A stretch of DNA of 64,000 nt, from positions 868,001 through 932,000 of the forward strand of contig NW_019028981.1 in the NCBI RefSeq assembly GCF_002105155.1, in the 5' to 3' direction. Positions within the stretch are counted from its first letter, which is position 1, and the number at the start of each line of letters is the position of its first letter. Shown piece after piece: positions 24,164-36,786 of this stretch. Both the position numbers and the translations under genes were made by a program. A model generated the notes under the pieces. That model had not been told where the DNA came from. It saw only the letters and a list, made by a program, of their open reading frames with translations, and did no database searches. The DNA is from Lobosporangium transversale (taxonomy: Eukaryota).

Positions 24164-25445
24164 CGAATTCCCTGGGTTAAGGGGGGTGATAAAAGCGATT
24201 CTAATACGTCAATCTTTTTTTTTTTTATGCGTTTGCACTTCTCCCCTCCACTCCCATATTCACTTTTCGCTATACACAATTGTAAGCGCATCTTGCCGTC
24301 GCCGCGTTGAATGTTGAATGAATCACTGAATTTTGAATGTAGGTTAACAAGTGTATTTTATTTCAGCATTCAATTAGATCATTTCAAGCACATTAATAGA
24401 ACATCTTCGAACAAACACCATGGTATGTTGACAATGTTATTTTTCTGTCAATAATAAATGCTCACACAGCTTATTTATTTTATCTCAATTTCTCGTTACT
24501 ATGTTCTTTGTAGAGCTCAGAATATGCTACCTTTAGCTTATTGGATGATGAATTAAACGAAATACATAGTGCTGATGACCTAGAAGAGCTTGCCTCTGAC
24601 GTTGATTGTCTGAGTGAGGAGCCGGATTCTGACTGTAATGACTATTCGAGCGATGCGTCGGATTCCGGGTCGGAGACAGAGCATGAAACACCTGCAGCAC
24701 TTGGTGAGGCTAGTAGCATCCATCCTTTAGCAAATCCTGATATCGCGGAAAGCCCACTCGTACCAGATGGCTTAGAGAGTCCAGAGCTAAACAGGGGGGT
24801 CGATGCAAATGTCAATAAAATAACAACCGAACTTTTATCCCCTCAATTGCAAGACTATCAATGGATCAAGTCAACTGTTGATGATGCCGTGATAGATGAG
24901 ATTGTAAGGAAAACCTGCACCACTCAGTACGACTACAAGCCTCGTGTTTTTTACGTAGACAAGGAGGACTTCGACTCATGGCTCGAACGAGACGGTCGTG
25001 ATCATTTTTTTACTTGGATGTTACGCAAACATCAAGATAATCAGCCAGGCGGTAGAAGCAAGGTCTTTTATGTTGAAACCTACGAATGCCATCGTGGACA
25101 AGATTCACGAGGCGGAAGTCGCATCCAAAAGGCTTCTCAAGGCTCTCTTCAAGGTGTCTCTCTCGACCCAGGGCAAGAACCAAGGGAAAGAAAAGAAGAC
25201 GCGTCTTAAAGCCTAGCCAGAAAGTCGGTTGTACAGCAAAGCTCACAGTTCACAACATGAAAGACGACAGCGAGGATCCCGAATATGCAACCAAGAACGG
25301 AAGGAAGCAACTCCGAATCGTGTACTTTTATAGACACACAGGGCACGTTCTAGGCAATGCTGATGATTTCCAGTACTTTACCATGACGGAATCAACATGA
25401 GCGCGGATTAGAAACCTGGTTCGTCTTGGCCTGTGCACTAGAGGA
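24164..25445 (+). mobile_element. MULE copy 3 (diverged subfamily): 5' end and N-terminal transposase fragment 24541-25445
   Basis: Terminal GAATTCCC and GGGTGATAAAAGCGATTCTAATACGTCA resemble the copy 1 end. Protein is homologous (QWIKST, ETYECH, SQKVGCTAKL, HTGHVLG), with a frameshift and a stop. Cut by an LTR. Confidence 0.9.
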
Positions 25446-25640
25446 TGCAAGCGAAATCACTATAATAATTTTGTGCAACATAGTATTTCGCCCATATTTC
25501 TAGAGCATTCCTTGCAACAGGATATTAACTAGTATAAATAGGTCTACTTTTCTATCTAGTTCTGTAGCATAGTTCCCCCTGAATAAAGATACCTTTATTG
25601 CACCCTTAGATCCCCCTAGAACACTACCTTGACTTTTGCA
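25446..25640 (+). mobile_element. Solo LTR of the Gypsy C family (195 bp)
   Basis: Matches 42919-43113. Flanks GAGGA and TTACT are unrelated. Confidence 0.95.
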
Positions 25641-28600
25641 TTACTCTCTTTTATTCCGAGCTCCCCGTTGGCGAGTTCCATGAAGTTGCAGGTGACGTCC
25701 TTGGTATTCTCCTCATTAGGCCTAGAAAGAGCATCGGCAACAGGATTATCCTTGCCCGGACGATAGATGATAACATGATCTTGTTGCTCCATGTGTTGGC
25801 TCCATCCCGCCATGCGTCTGCTCATGCCTTTTTTGTCGTTTTAAGAACACCAAACTGTGATTGTCGGTCAAGATGTTGACTGTTCTGCCCTGGATATAAG
25901 TACGCCATTCGTCGCAAGCGCGCACAATTGCATACAATTCGCGCTCATGTGTTGGCCATTTCTGCTGACCCTCATCTAATTTCCTCGACATGAAAGCGAT
26001 AGGGTGCATTTCCTTCCGGCCGTTTGAACCAAAGTCCTGACTCAGGACGGCACCAATGGCAGTGAGGGACGCATCAGTCTCGATGAAAAAGGGGTGAGAA
26101 AAATCGGCAAGGCGTAGAACGGGAGCTGAGGCGAGGGCTTGCTTGAGGTCGTCGAAGGCAGCTTGTTCTCTCTCGCCCCACGGCGAGGGGAGAGGTCTGG
26201 TCTTGATTTTGTTGTTGTCTTTTTCTTTTGTGAGATCTGTGAGGGGAGCGGCCCGAGAGGCATAATTTTTAATAAATTTGCGGTAGTAGCCAGCCATACC
26301 TAAAAATCGACGAACCTCTTGAACATTGGTGGGCGCCGTCAATGATTGGATGCTTTCTGTCTTTGAGGGGTTGACTTTCAAGCCTTCACCGCTCACAACG
26401 TGGCCTAAGAAGAGGAGTTCAGGCTTGCCGAATTCGCATTTGGACATCTTGACCTTAAGTTGATATTTCGCCAGACGTTCAAGTACCCAACGCAAATGTT
26501 CCTTATGGTCCTCAGGGTTGCGACTGAATACTAGGATATCATCCATGAAGACTAAACAAAATTTATCTAGACCGCCTTGCAGAACTTCATTCATCATCCC
26601 CTGGAAGGACGCAGGTGCGTTAGTCAAACCAAAAGGCATCACCAAATATTCAAAGTGACCATAGCGGGTACCAAAAGCGGTCTTTTCCACGTCGCTGGGG
26701 TTAACTCGAATCTGATTGAAGCCTGATTGCAAATCGAGTTTAGAAAACTCGGTTGCACCTGAGAGTCGGTCGAAGAATTCATCAATGAGTGGCAGAGGGT
26801 ACTTATTCTTGACGGTAATTGCATTGAGCGCGCGGTAGTCTACACACAGACGGAGGCTTCCGTCTTTCTTCCTAGCGAATACAACGGGCGCTGACCAAGG
26901 GGAAATACTGGGCCGAATGAAGCCTTTCTTCTGCAGCTCTTCTAATTGCTCCTTTAATGCATCCAGTTCCTCAGGCGACATCCTCCGCACCGGCATGGCG
27001 ATAGGGAGGGCCGAGCCAGTCTCGATGCGATGATCAACGTGACGGTGTGGGGGAAGTTTGTTCAAGTCGGCGAAGACGGAGTCTGCGAATTCCTCTATCA
27101 GCGCGCGGTATCTCTCTGGGACCTTTTCTGCTCCCTCACCGACGGCGTCAACGGAATTGACCACTAACTCTACTTCGTCCCCACTGATAAAGCAAACTCC
27201 ATAATCCTCTGTAGTATTCAGGATCTTCTTGAAATGCTTCACTCCGACGAGGCGAACGTCTGTACGGTTCTTGGCCTCATGCTCTGCAGAGGTTGAGATC
27301 AGATGATCTTTTTCTTTTTCTGTAGATTCCCCATTTTTTGTCTCCTCATTTGCTTTCACCATTTCTACTTGCTCCATTCCATCGCTCTTCACATTTCCCA
27401 TTGTTGCTTCCTCGCCCTCTCTTACTGTCGTATTCCACAGTTCGTCTGTGCCTGCCACTGTCTCTGCGACACTTTCTATGACGTCTCCTTCCATTGTCCT
27501 TTCTGCAGTTTCCTTAACGCTCTTATTGTCGCTCGCCCCGGTAGATTCAATATTTGAAGCCAGCTGGCCATTATTTTCCTCCCTTACGCTGCGTATCGCC
27601 TGCCAACCTTTTCGACCTTGCCATTTGTATATTCCAGTACGCCAATTTACCTGCGGGTTCCACTTTCGCAGCCAGGGTTGCCCTAGGATGATATCGTATC
27701 TCAAATTATCAACGACGACTCCCGTTTCTCTCATTACCTCGTCGCCCATACTGAGAGCAAGAGTAGCCGTGGTTGACGAGACAGAGCTTTGGCCACGAGC
27801 CATCAGGATCCTGACTGGTTTAGGTAAGGGTAGTAAACGGTAGTCTTCCTTCTTGAGATCCCTTATGAATTCAGAGCAGACGAAGTTACCGGAAGCACCG
27901 GAGTCGATCAGCACGCGTGCCCCTAAGGTTCCGACCTTTGCGCGTACTTCGTGCACCGGCCGGTTCAACTCTTTATAATTTTCTGGGGTATTGCCATTCT
28001 TTAGGTGATAGGACTGTAAAATATACGATGAAGAATTGCGACCTTTATTGCCAGGGCAGTACTCTATTCTATGTCCAGGGATCCCACAACCGTAGCATCG
28101 CGGCTTACTTCTATCTGGACAGTTTGCTTTGATATGGCCGTTCTTGCCACAGTGGAAGCACTTTCGACCCTCACTATGCTGGCGAGTCTGCATGGCCGCA
28201 ACCTCAAGCTCTTCCTCCGTGAAACGCTGCCGGACATGGTCCAAATCCATGGACATGTCTGGCGCACTTGGCACACTGGACCTGGGGGCGCCGGCATTAG
28301 TACTAGCGAAGGACTGCGACCTAAACCCAAGGTTACGACTGCCATGGACTGGGTTTCCCCCCGCATGGCCACTGGTGAGGGATCTGAAGGCCGACAGGTC
28401 TTGATCCTTCAAGGCAATCTTGTGAGTGAAGGTCTCGAGCGAATCCTCAGGCCTCATGATATCAACAAGTTTGTTTCGGATATATTGTGGGAGTTTTCTG
28501 GCTAACTCCAACTTCTTGTCCATTGTAGACTTGTCATGGATTTTGTTGGCTAACGCTACGTATCTGCTCATGAAGCTGATTAGGGCCTCGTCTTTCTCCA

Positions 28601-29665
28601 TCTTTAGCCCGTCTAACTGGGCCCTCAGGTTCTGTGAAAGATGGGTCTGCGTCCATCTCTTAACGAAGTCTTCCTTGAACGCATCCCAACCGATGTCTTC
28701 GCCCTTGTCATCGATATATTGGAGGGCCCACGACAGAGCACCTCCCTTGAGGATGGTGACAAAACTGGGAACTTTCTTGTTGTCCGGCCACGTCTGACTC
28801 CGGAACTGCAGCTCGATGAACTTGAGCCAAGCATCAAGGTCGAAGGCGACTTCGTGCCCCGAGAAAGTAGAGGTCTGAGCGGCAAACTGCGGGGCTGGCC
28901 TGTGAGGGTCCAGCCATCGGCTTACTGCCGGGGGCGCTGGTGCTGAGGCCAATTGATTATTGGCGAACTCGAGCTGCCTAGTGAGCTCCTCGACTCTTCG
29001 CGCGAGCTCCTCACTCGAGGCCTGCTGCAACTGTTGCTGACGCTGTGCAAATATCTCTGCTGCATCCATTTCTGCCGTGGTATAACTTGATTCCGATTCT
29101 GTATCACTTGGTGGGCTAAAAACCACCATAAACTATTTGTAAACTGTGTAACCGAATTACGGACAAATAACTGTGGACAAATAAAACTGTTGACAAATAA
29201 AAACTGTGCGACCAAAAAAAAACTGTGGACTGATCGTTGATTATTGGGCTCGTTAAGACCGTGGTGCCTTTGCTACCATTGAAAAAATCACTGTCTTAAG
29301 AACCGGGGGGTTATACTGAGATGCCCTTAAAAACCGCAACGAGACGCAAATACATAGAACACACTGAAGTGTTGTACCAAGATAAAGGTCTTTATTAGTT
29401 TATGATACATATAATACTATACAAGTAACTAGTGCTGAGATGAATGAGGTTGCATACCTGAAGTGTTGTACCAAGATAAAGGTAAGGAACACTTCAGGGA
29501 CGGAGAGTCCACTATTTATTATAGCGGGGAGGATCGGGTGGCTGAGCTCACGTCCAGGCAGGACGGGGTGGGTTTGAGGGTACCACTATAGGTATACCTC
29601 TGGTCCTACCTACCATGACGTCACTTGTTATAGGACGTGAGCTTAAGTTGCCTCGATTTAGGACA
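25641..29665 (-). mobile_element. Gypsy family B, inverted 3'-truncated copy (5' LTR 29280-29665; gag-PR-RT-RNaseH from 29129)
   Basis: Reverse complement of 30059-34083 with a few SNPs and indels. gag and pol are in one frame (1127-aa ORF). Integrase and 3' LTR are absent. Confidence 0.96.
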
Positions 29666-29669
29666 ACAA

Positions 29670-30054
29670 TGTCGTAGAGCATCTACTAGTGATCTCTGGA
29701 AACTAGTAGGTAATGATGAAAAATGAAGAATTGGGCAAGAGCCTCGTGGTTTTGGGATACGATAGTGATCCTAAGTAATGCTTTGAATGATTTTGAGGAT
29801 GCTGCAAAAGGGCATCGATAATAAGAAGAGAGATCTTTAATAACTGCTAATTTTCTGAGAATTCATAATGAGAATAATGAAGATAAACTCACCTGCAAAA
29901 GGGCATCGATAATAAGAAGAGAGATGCCGTTTTTGCAGTGAAGGAAAAAGCTACTTAAATACTATTTAAAAATGGTAGAAAATAGGATGATAGGAAATAA
30001 ATAAATTGAAAGGAAATACATATTTAGGTAAATGAATAGGCGTCATTTACGACA
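29670..30054 (-). mobile_element. Solo LTR, family E (385 bp)
   Basis: 7-bp inverted termini TGTCGTA...TACGACA. ACAA on both sides (29666-69, 30055-58). TATA-like tract and ATTAAA on the minus strand. Confidence 0.8.
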
Positions 30055-30594
30055 ACAATGTCCTAAATCGAGGCAACTTAAGCTCACGTCCTATAACAAG
30101 TGACGTCATGGTAGGTAGGACCAGAGGTATACCTATAGTGGTACCCTCAAACCCACCCCGTCCTGCCTGGACGTGAGCTCAGCCACCCGATCCTCCCCGC
30201 TATAATAAATAGTGGACTCTCCGTCCCTGAAGTGTTCCTTACCTTTATCTTGGTACAACACTTCAGGTATGCAACCTCATTCATCTCAGCACTAGTTACT
30301 TGTATAGTATTATATGTATCATAAACTAATAAAGACCTTTATCTTGGTACAACACTTCAGTGTGTTCTATGTATTTGCGTCTCGTTGCGGTTTTTAAGGG
30401 CATCTCAGTATAACCCCCCGGTTCTTAAGACAGTGATTTTTTCAATGGTAGCAAAGGCACCACGGTCTTAACGAGCCCAATAATCAACGATCAGTCCACA
30501 GTTTTTTTTTGGTCGCACAGTTTTTATTTGTCAACAGTTTTATTTGTCCACAGTTATTTGTCCGTAATTCGGTTACACAGTTTACAAATAGTTT

Positions 30595-33500
30595 ATGGTG
30601 GTTTTTAGCCCACCAAGTGATACAGAATCGGAATCAAGTTATACCACGGCAGAAATGGATGCAGCAGAGATATTTGCACAGCGTCAGCAACAGTTGCAGC
30701 AGGCCTCGAGTGAGGAGCTCGCGCGAAGAGTCGAGGAGCTCACTAGGCAGCTCGAGTTCGCCAATAATCAATTGGCCTCAGCACCAGCGCCCCCGGCAGT
30801 AAGCCGATGGCTGGACCCTCACAGGCCAGCCCCGCAGTTTGCCGCTCAGACCTCTACTTTCTCGGGGCACGAAGTCGCCTTCGACCTTGATGCTTGGCTC
30901 AAGTTCATCGAGCTGCAGTTCCGGAGTCAGACGTGGCCGGACAACAAGAAAGTTCCCAGTTTTGTCACCATCCTCAAGGGAGGTGCTCTGTCGTGGGCCC
31001 TCCAATATATCGATGACAAGGGCGAAGACATCGGTTGGGATGCGTTCAAGGAAGACTTCGTTAAGAGATGGACGCAGACCCATCTTTCACAGAACCTGAG
31101 GGCCCAGTTAGACGGGCTAAAGATGGAGAAAGACGAGGCCCTAATCAGCTTCATGAGCAGATACGTAGCGTTAGCCAACAAAATCCATGACAAGTCTACA
31201 ATGGACAAGAAGTTGGAGTTAGCCAGAAAACTCCCACAATATATCCGAAACAAACTTGTTGATATCATGAGGCCTGAGGATTCGCTCGAGACCTTCACTC
31301 ACAAGATTGCCTTGAAGGATCAAGACCTGTCGGCCTTCAGATCCCTCACCAGTGGCCATGCGGGGGGAAACCCAGTCCATGGCAGTCGTAACCTTGGGTT
31401 TAGGTCGCAGTCCTTCGCTAGTACTAATGCCGGCGCCCCCAGGTCCAGTGTGCCAAGTGCGCCAGACATGTCCATGGATTTGGACCATGTCCGGCAGCGT
31501 TTCACGGAGGAAGAGCTTGAGGTTGCGGCCATGCAGACTCGCCAGCATAGTGAGGGTCGAAAGTGCTTCCACTGTGGCAAGAACGGCCATATCAAAGCAA
31601 ACTGTCCAGATAGAAGTAAGCCGCGATGCTACGGTTGTGGGATCCCTGGACATAGAATAGAGTACTGCCCTGGCAATAAAGGTCGCAATTCTTCATCGTA
31701 TATTTTACAGTCCTATCACCTAAAGAATGGCAATACCCCAGAAAATTATAAAGAGTTGAACCGGCCGGTGCACGAAGTACGCGCAAAGGTCGGAACCTTA
31801 GGGGCACGCGTGCTGATCGACTCCGGTGCTTCCGGTAACTTCGTCTGCTCTGAATTCATAAGGGATCTCAAGAAGGAAGACTACCGTTTACTACCCTTAC
31901 CTAAACCAGTCAGGATCCTGATGGCTCGTGGCCAAAGCTCTGTCTCGTCAACCACGGCTACTCTTGCTCTCAGTATGGGCGACGAGGTAATGAGAGAAAC
32001 GGGAGTCGTCGTTGATAATTTGAGATACGATATCATCCTAGGGCAACCCTGGCTGCGAAAGTGGAACCCGCAGGTAAATTGGCGTACTGGAATATACAAA
32101 TGGCAAGGTCGAAAAGGTTGGCAGGCGATACGCAGCGTAAGGGAGGAAAATAATGGCCAGCTGGCTTCAAATATTGAATCTACCGGGGCGAGCGACAATA
32201 AGAGCGTTAAGGAAACTGCAGAAAGGACAATGGAAGGAGACGTCATAGAAAGTGTCGCAGAGACAGTGGCAGGCACAGACGAACTGTGGAATACGACAGT
32301 AAGAGAGGGCGAGGAAGCAACAATGGGAAATGTGAAGAGCGATGGAATGGAGCAAGTAGAAATGGTGAAAGCAAATGAGGAGACAAAAAATGGGGAATCT
32401 ACAGAAAAAGAAAAAGATCATCTGATCTCAACCTCTGCAGAGCATGAGGCCAAGAACCGTACAGACGTTCGCCTCGTCGGAGTGAAGCATTTCAAGAATG
32501 ATCCTGAATACTACAGAGGATTATGGAGTTTGCTTTATCAGTGGGGACGAAGTAGAGTTAGTGGTCAATTCCGTTGACGCCGCCGGTGAGGGAGCAGAAA
32601 AGGTCCCAGAGAGATACCGCGCGCTGATAGAGGAATTCGCAGACTCTGTCTTCGCCGACTTGAACAAACTTCCCCCACACCGTCACGTTGATCATCGCAT
32701 CGAGACTGGCTCGGCCCTCCCTATCGCCATGCCGGTGCGGAGGATGTCGCCTGAGGAACTTGATGCATTAAAGGAGCAATTAGAAGAGCTGCAGAAGAAA
32801 GGCTTCATTCGGCCCAGTATTTCCCCTTGGTCAGCGCCCGTTGTATTCGCTAGGAAGAAAGACGGAAGCCTCCGTCTGTGTGTAGACTACCGCGCGCTCA
32901 ATGCAATTACCGTCAAGAATAAGTACCCTCTGCCACTCATTGATGAATTCTTCGACCGACTCTCAGGTGCAACCGAGTTTTCTAAACTCGATTTGCAATC
33001 AGGCTTCAATCAGATTCGAGTTAACCCCAGCGACGTGGAAAAGACCGCTTTTGGTACCCGCTATGGTCACTTTGAATATTTGGTGATGCCTTTTGGTTTG
33101 ACTAACGCACCTGCGTCCTTCCAGGGGATGATGAATGAAGTTCTGCAAGGCGGTCTAGATAAATTTTGTTTAGTCTTCATGGATGATATCCTAGTATTCA
33201 GTCGCAACCCTGAGGACCATAAGGAACATTTGCGTTGGGTACTTGAACGTCTGGCGAAATATCAACTTAAGGTCAAGATGTCCAAATGCGAATTCGGCAA
33301 GCCTGAACTCCTCTTCTTAGGCCACGTTGTGAGCGGTGAAGGCTTGAAAGTCGACCCCTCAAAGACAGAAAGCATCCAATCATTGACGGCGCCCACCACT
33401 GTTCAAGAGGTTCGTCGATTTTTAGGTATGGCTGGCTACTACCGCAAATTTATTAAAAATTATGCCTCTCGGGCCGCTCCCCTCACAGATCTCACAAAAG

Positions 33501-35815
33501 AAAAAGACAACAACAAAATCAAGACCAGACCTCTCCCCTCGCCGTGGGGCGAGAGAGAACAAGCTGCCTTCGACGACCTCAAGCAAGCCCTCGCCTCAGC
33601 TCCCGTTCTACGCCTTGCCGATTTTTCTCGCCCCTTTTTCATCGAGACTGATGCGTCCCTCACTGCCATTGGTGCCGTCCTGAGTCAGGACTTTGGTTCA
33701 AACGGCCGGAAGGAAATGCACCCTATCGCTTTCATGTCGAGGAAATTAGATGAGGGTCAGCAGAAATGGCCAACACATGAGCGCGAATTGTATGCAATTG
33801 TGCGCGCTTGCGACGAATGGCGTACTTATATCCAGGGCAGAACAGTCAACATCTTGACCGACAATCACAGTTTGGTGTTCTTAAAACGACAAAAAGGCAT
33901 GAGCAGACGCATGGCGGGATGGAGCCAACACATGGAGCAACAAGATCATGTTATCATCTATCGTCCGGGCAAGGATAATCCTGTTGCCGATGCTCTTTCT
34001 AGGCCTAATGAGGAGAATACCAAGGACGTCACCTGCAACTTCATGGAACTCGCCAACGGGGAGCTCGGAATAAAAGAGAGTAACCACGACGCAGGTGTTG
34101 AGGCGTTCGAGGAGGCATTATTGATGACCATGGAAGAGGCAGAGTTTGACGAGACACTGGAAGATATGGATTGGCCTCTATTAATGGTCGAGTATAAGGA
34201 AACGGGCACCCTCGCCGACCCCGCACACCAGGACTTCCTAGGTTTAATGAGGGAGGAAGAGGATAATTTTGTGGTGGAAGACGGGAAAGTGTTTAGAGTG
34301 ATGGGTGATACGCAAGTAGAATTTTTAAATTTCGCTCGGCGCGCAGATTACATGGCCAAAATGCATGAAAGTATGGGACACCCCGGTGCGCAAGGCTTAT
34401 TTGAACGCATCCAGCCTAGATATTGGTGGCCTCGTATGCGTGAGAGCATTCAAGAAGCATGCCGTACTTGCAAGGAATGCCAGCTGACTCGCGGAGGAGC
34501 AACGGTCACCGAACCTCTCCACACTTTCTCGGTGGCTAAACCCTTCCAACGCTGGGGTATCGATTTCATCGGACGCTGTCCCAAGACTAAGAATGGAAAC
34601 ATGTGGATAATAGTCGCTGTAGATTACGCCACTAGCTGGACAATAGCCAAAGCTACGCCTGACGCCACTGCCGAGACAGTCTCAAATTTCATTTATGAGG
34701 AAATTGTCATGAACTTTGGTTGCCCCGCAGAGCTGATTTCCGATAGAGGCAGTCAGTTCATGTCAGAGGTCCTGCGAGAATACCTTAAGAAGATGAAAGT
34801 TAAACACCGGCTCACCTCCGCGTATCACCCGCGCACAAATGGCAAAACCGAACGCACTAATGGCATCCTCGGCGCCGCATTAACAAAATACGTCGGTGAT
34901 AAGATGAAGCACAAGTGGGACCTCTTTCTAGATCAGGCACTTTTCGCCTGCCGCACCAGAATGCATAGCGTATCTAAGAAGTCACCATTCTACCTAGTCT
35001 ATGGAATCGAGCCCACGATACCTGGCGACCTCACTCGTCCTTATGTATTCGATGGAGCGGTTTTTACAGAGGTTCAAGCCGCGAGAGAGGCCGAGCTTGA
35101 AAGATTGAGACTTGAGAGGCTATCAAACGAGGAGCGGCAACAGGAAGCCGCAAGGCTCATGGAGGAAAGGTATAATGAGAGACATGACATCGACCCCGAA
35201 GCTCCGAGGCAAGTGTACGAGATTGGCGGCTGGGTTTTAGTAAAAAACATAGCGAAAAGGAAATTTGAATACCCTTGGTATGGACCATTGCGTGTCGAGA
35301 CGATTACCCCTTTTGGCGCCTACAAGCTTATCTGGCCCGATGGAAAAGCGAAAATGGACCTTGTGCATAAAGACCGTCTGAAACCAGTGAATCTACCCGC
35401 GGGTAGTCCAGAACCGACGCGCGCATGGTATAAAACCCGCAACAGTCGCGATGAACTCACCATCCCCATGGAGACCATTCAAGAAGAAGACGAGCGAGGG
35501 CCTCAGTCGGAGCCAGAAGTAGGTACAGCAGTGCAACCCATACCCCTCGAAGGTTCATCGCGTACAACGGCCCCATCATCATCAGCAAGGCCCGCAGCTA
35601 CCGCATCGCCCCCTCCTGCGCGACCACCACGTTCCCTCTCAAGGCCCAATCCAAAGATTGACGCCGCAGGGGCGGCTTGGATTTCTCGTGGGGAGTCTGT
35701 CCTAAATCGAGGCAACTTAAGCTCACGTCCTATAACAAGTGACGTCATGGTAGGTAGGACCAGAGGTATACCTATAGTGGTACCCTCAAACCCACCCCGT
35801 CCTGCCTGGACGTGA
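30595..35815 (+). CDS. Gypsy B gag-pol polyprotein with one +1 indel near 32499
   Basis: Two CCHC knuckles, LIDSGAS protease, FMDD RT, TDAS RNase H, HHCC/DDE integrase, WYGPL motif. An extra T relative to the inverted copy splits the ORF. The C-terminus reads 118 bp into the 3' LTR. Confidence 0.92.
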
Positions 35816-35991
35816 GCTCAGCCACCCGATCCTCCCCGCTATAATAAATAGTGGACTCTCCGTCCCTGAAGTGTTCCTTACCTTTATCTTGGTACAACAC
35901 TTCAGGTATGCAACCTCATTCATCTCAGCACTAGTTACTTGTATAGTATTATATGTATCATAAACTAATAAAGACCTTTATCTTGGTACAA

Positions 35992-36656
35992 TTTTTTCCT
36001 GTTAACAAGAACCCACAGAGGTGAGGAATTTTATTTCATAATCTCGCTCTAAAGTAATGATATCGCCCTCAACTATGAAACAAGCGAAACTCTCAAAGTT
36101 CGCACGGGATGGCTGTGAAGAGCCAATTCGTATCCATGTTTTTCTCTACCAATGTACACCGTGATCGGTACTCGAAGTCCATCCTTCCGATGTGGCCTGT
36201 TGCGCCCGTGAAAAGCCGCGGAGGCTGGCGTGCCGACTCTAGCTAAGGACGACTTTTAATTTTTTCTATTCGATCAAATCCACTGGCATGTGGACCCAAA
36301 TCTTGCGGGATTGGTCTGAAATTTCTACTTTGGACTCCGTCAAACTTTGTGATCATCGCTGTCCTAGTCAAGTGGGTGGATGGGGGGATGTGCTGCCAGA
36401 TGTACCGCTGGTTCGGCTGGGGGGTGGAATATATACCTAAGACATGTGGCCAGCCAGGCGACTTAGGGTAGTGCACCCACGATCTTAGCCTTAGCGGAGA
36501 ACACTAGGCTGTCTCGGAGAGAAAGTATAAAAACTCAAGCAAATCCCTGACCTGGCACATGTTTGCTTCACTTTATGTGCCTTAACCAGGACTCGAACCC
36601 GGCCCCTGGGCTAGACAGGGGGGTGCCCTGACGAGTATACTACTCAGCCATTGGGC
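35992..36656 (-). mobile_element. tRNA-headed SINE-like element (665 bp)
   Basis: Absent from the 5' LTR. 20-bp TSD AGACCTTTATCTTGGTACAA at 35972-91 and 36657-76. A box TGGCTGAGTAG (36640-50), B box GGTTCGAGTCC (36589-99), A6 tail. Confidence 0.85.
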
Positions 36657-36786
36657 AGACCTTTATCTTGGTACAACACTTCAGTGTGTTCTATGTATTT
36701 GCGTCTCGTAGCGGTTTTTAAGGGCATCTCAGTATAACCCCCCGGTTTTTAAGACAGTGACTTTTTCAACAATAAGAAATAAGATA

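Larger units (their letters stand above)
30059..36768 (+). mobile_element. Gypsy family B, full length, no chromodomain
   Basis: 5' LTR 30059-30444. PBS TGGTAGCAAAGG at 30446. 3' LTR 35698-36768, interrupted by a SINE. 4-bp TSD ACAA at 30055-58 and 36769-72. Confidence 0.96.

Noticed and set aside
16587..25445. MULE copies 2 and 3 as ends of one composite element, both truncated at similar codons
   Set aside because: Their TIRs face the intervening DNA, they are different subfamilies, and different elements caused the truncations.
32490..32505. Programmed frameshift in Gypsy B
   Set aside because: The inverted copy lacks the extra T and reads through in one frame, so this is a mutation or sequencing error.
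25641..34083. Palindrome as a pure fold-back assembly artefact
   Set aside because: The arms differ at several sites and the spacer is a structured LTR with its own TSD. Read confirmation is still advisable.
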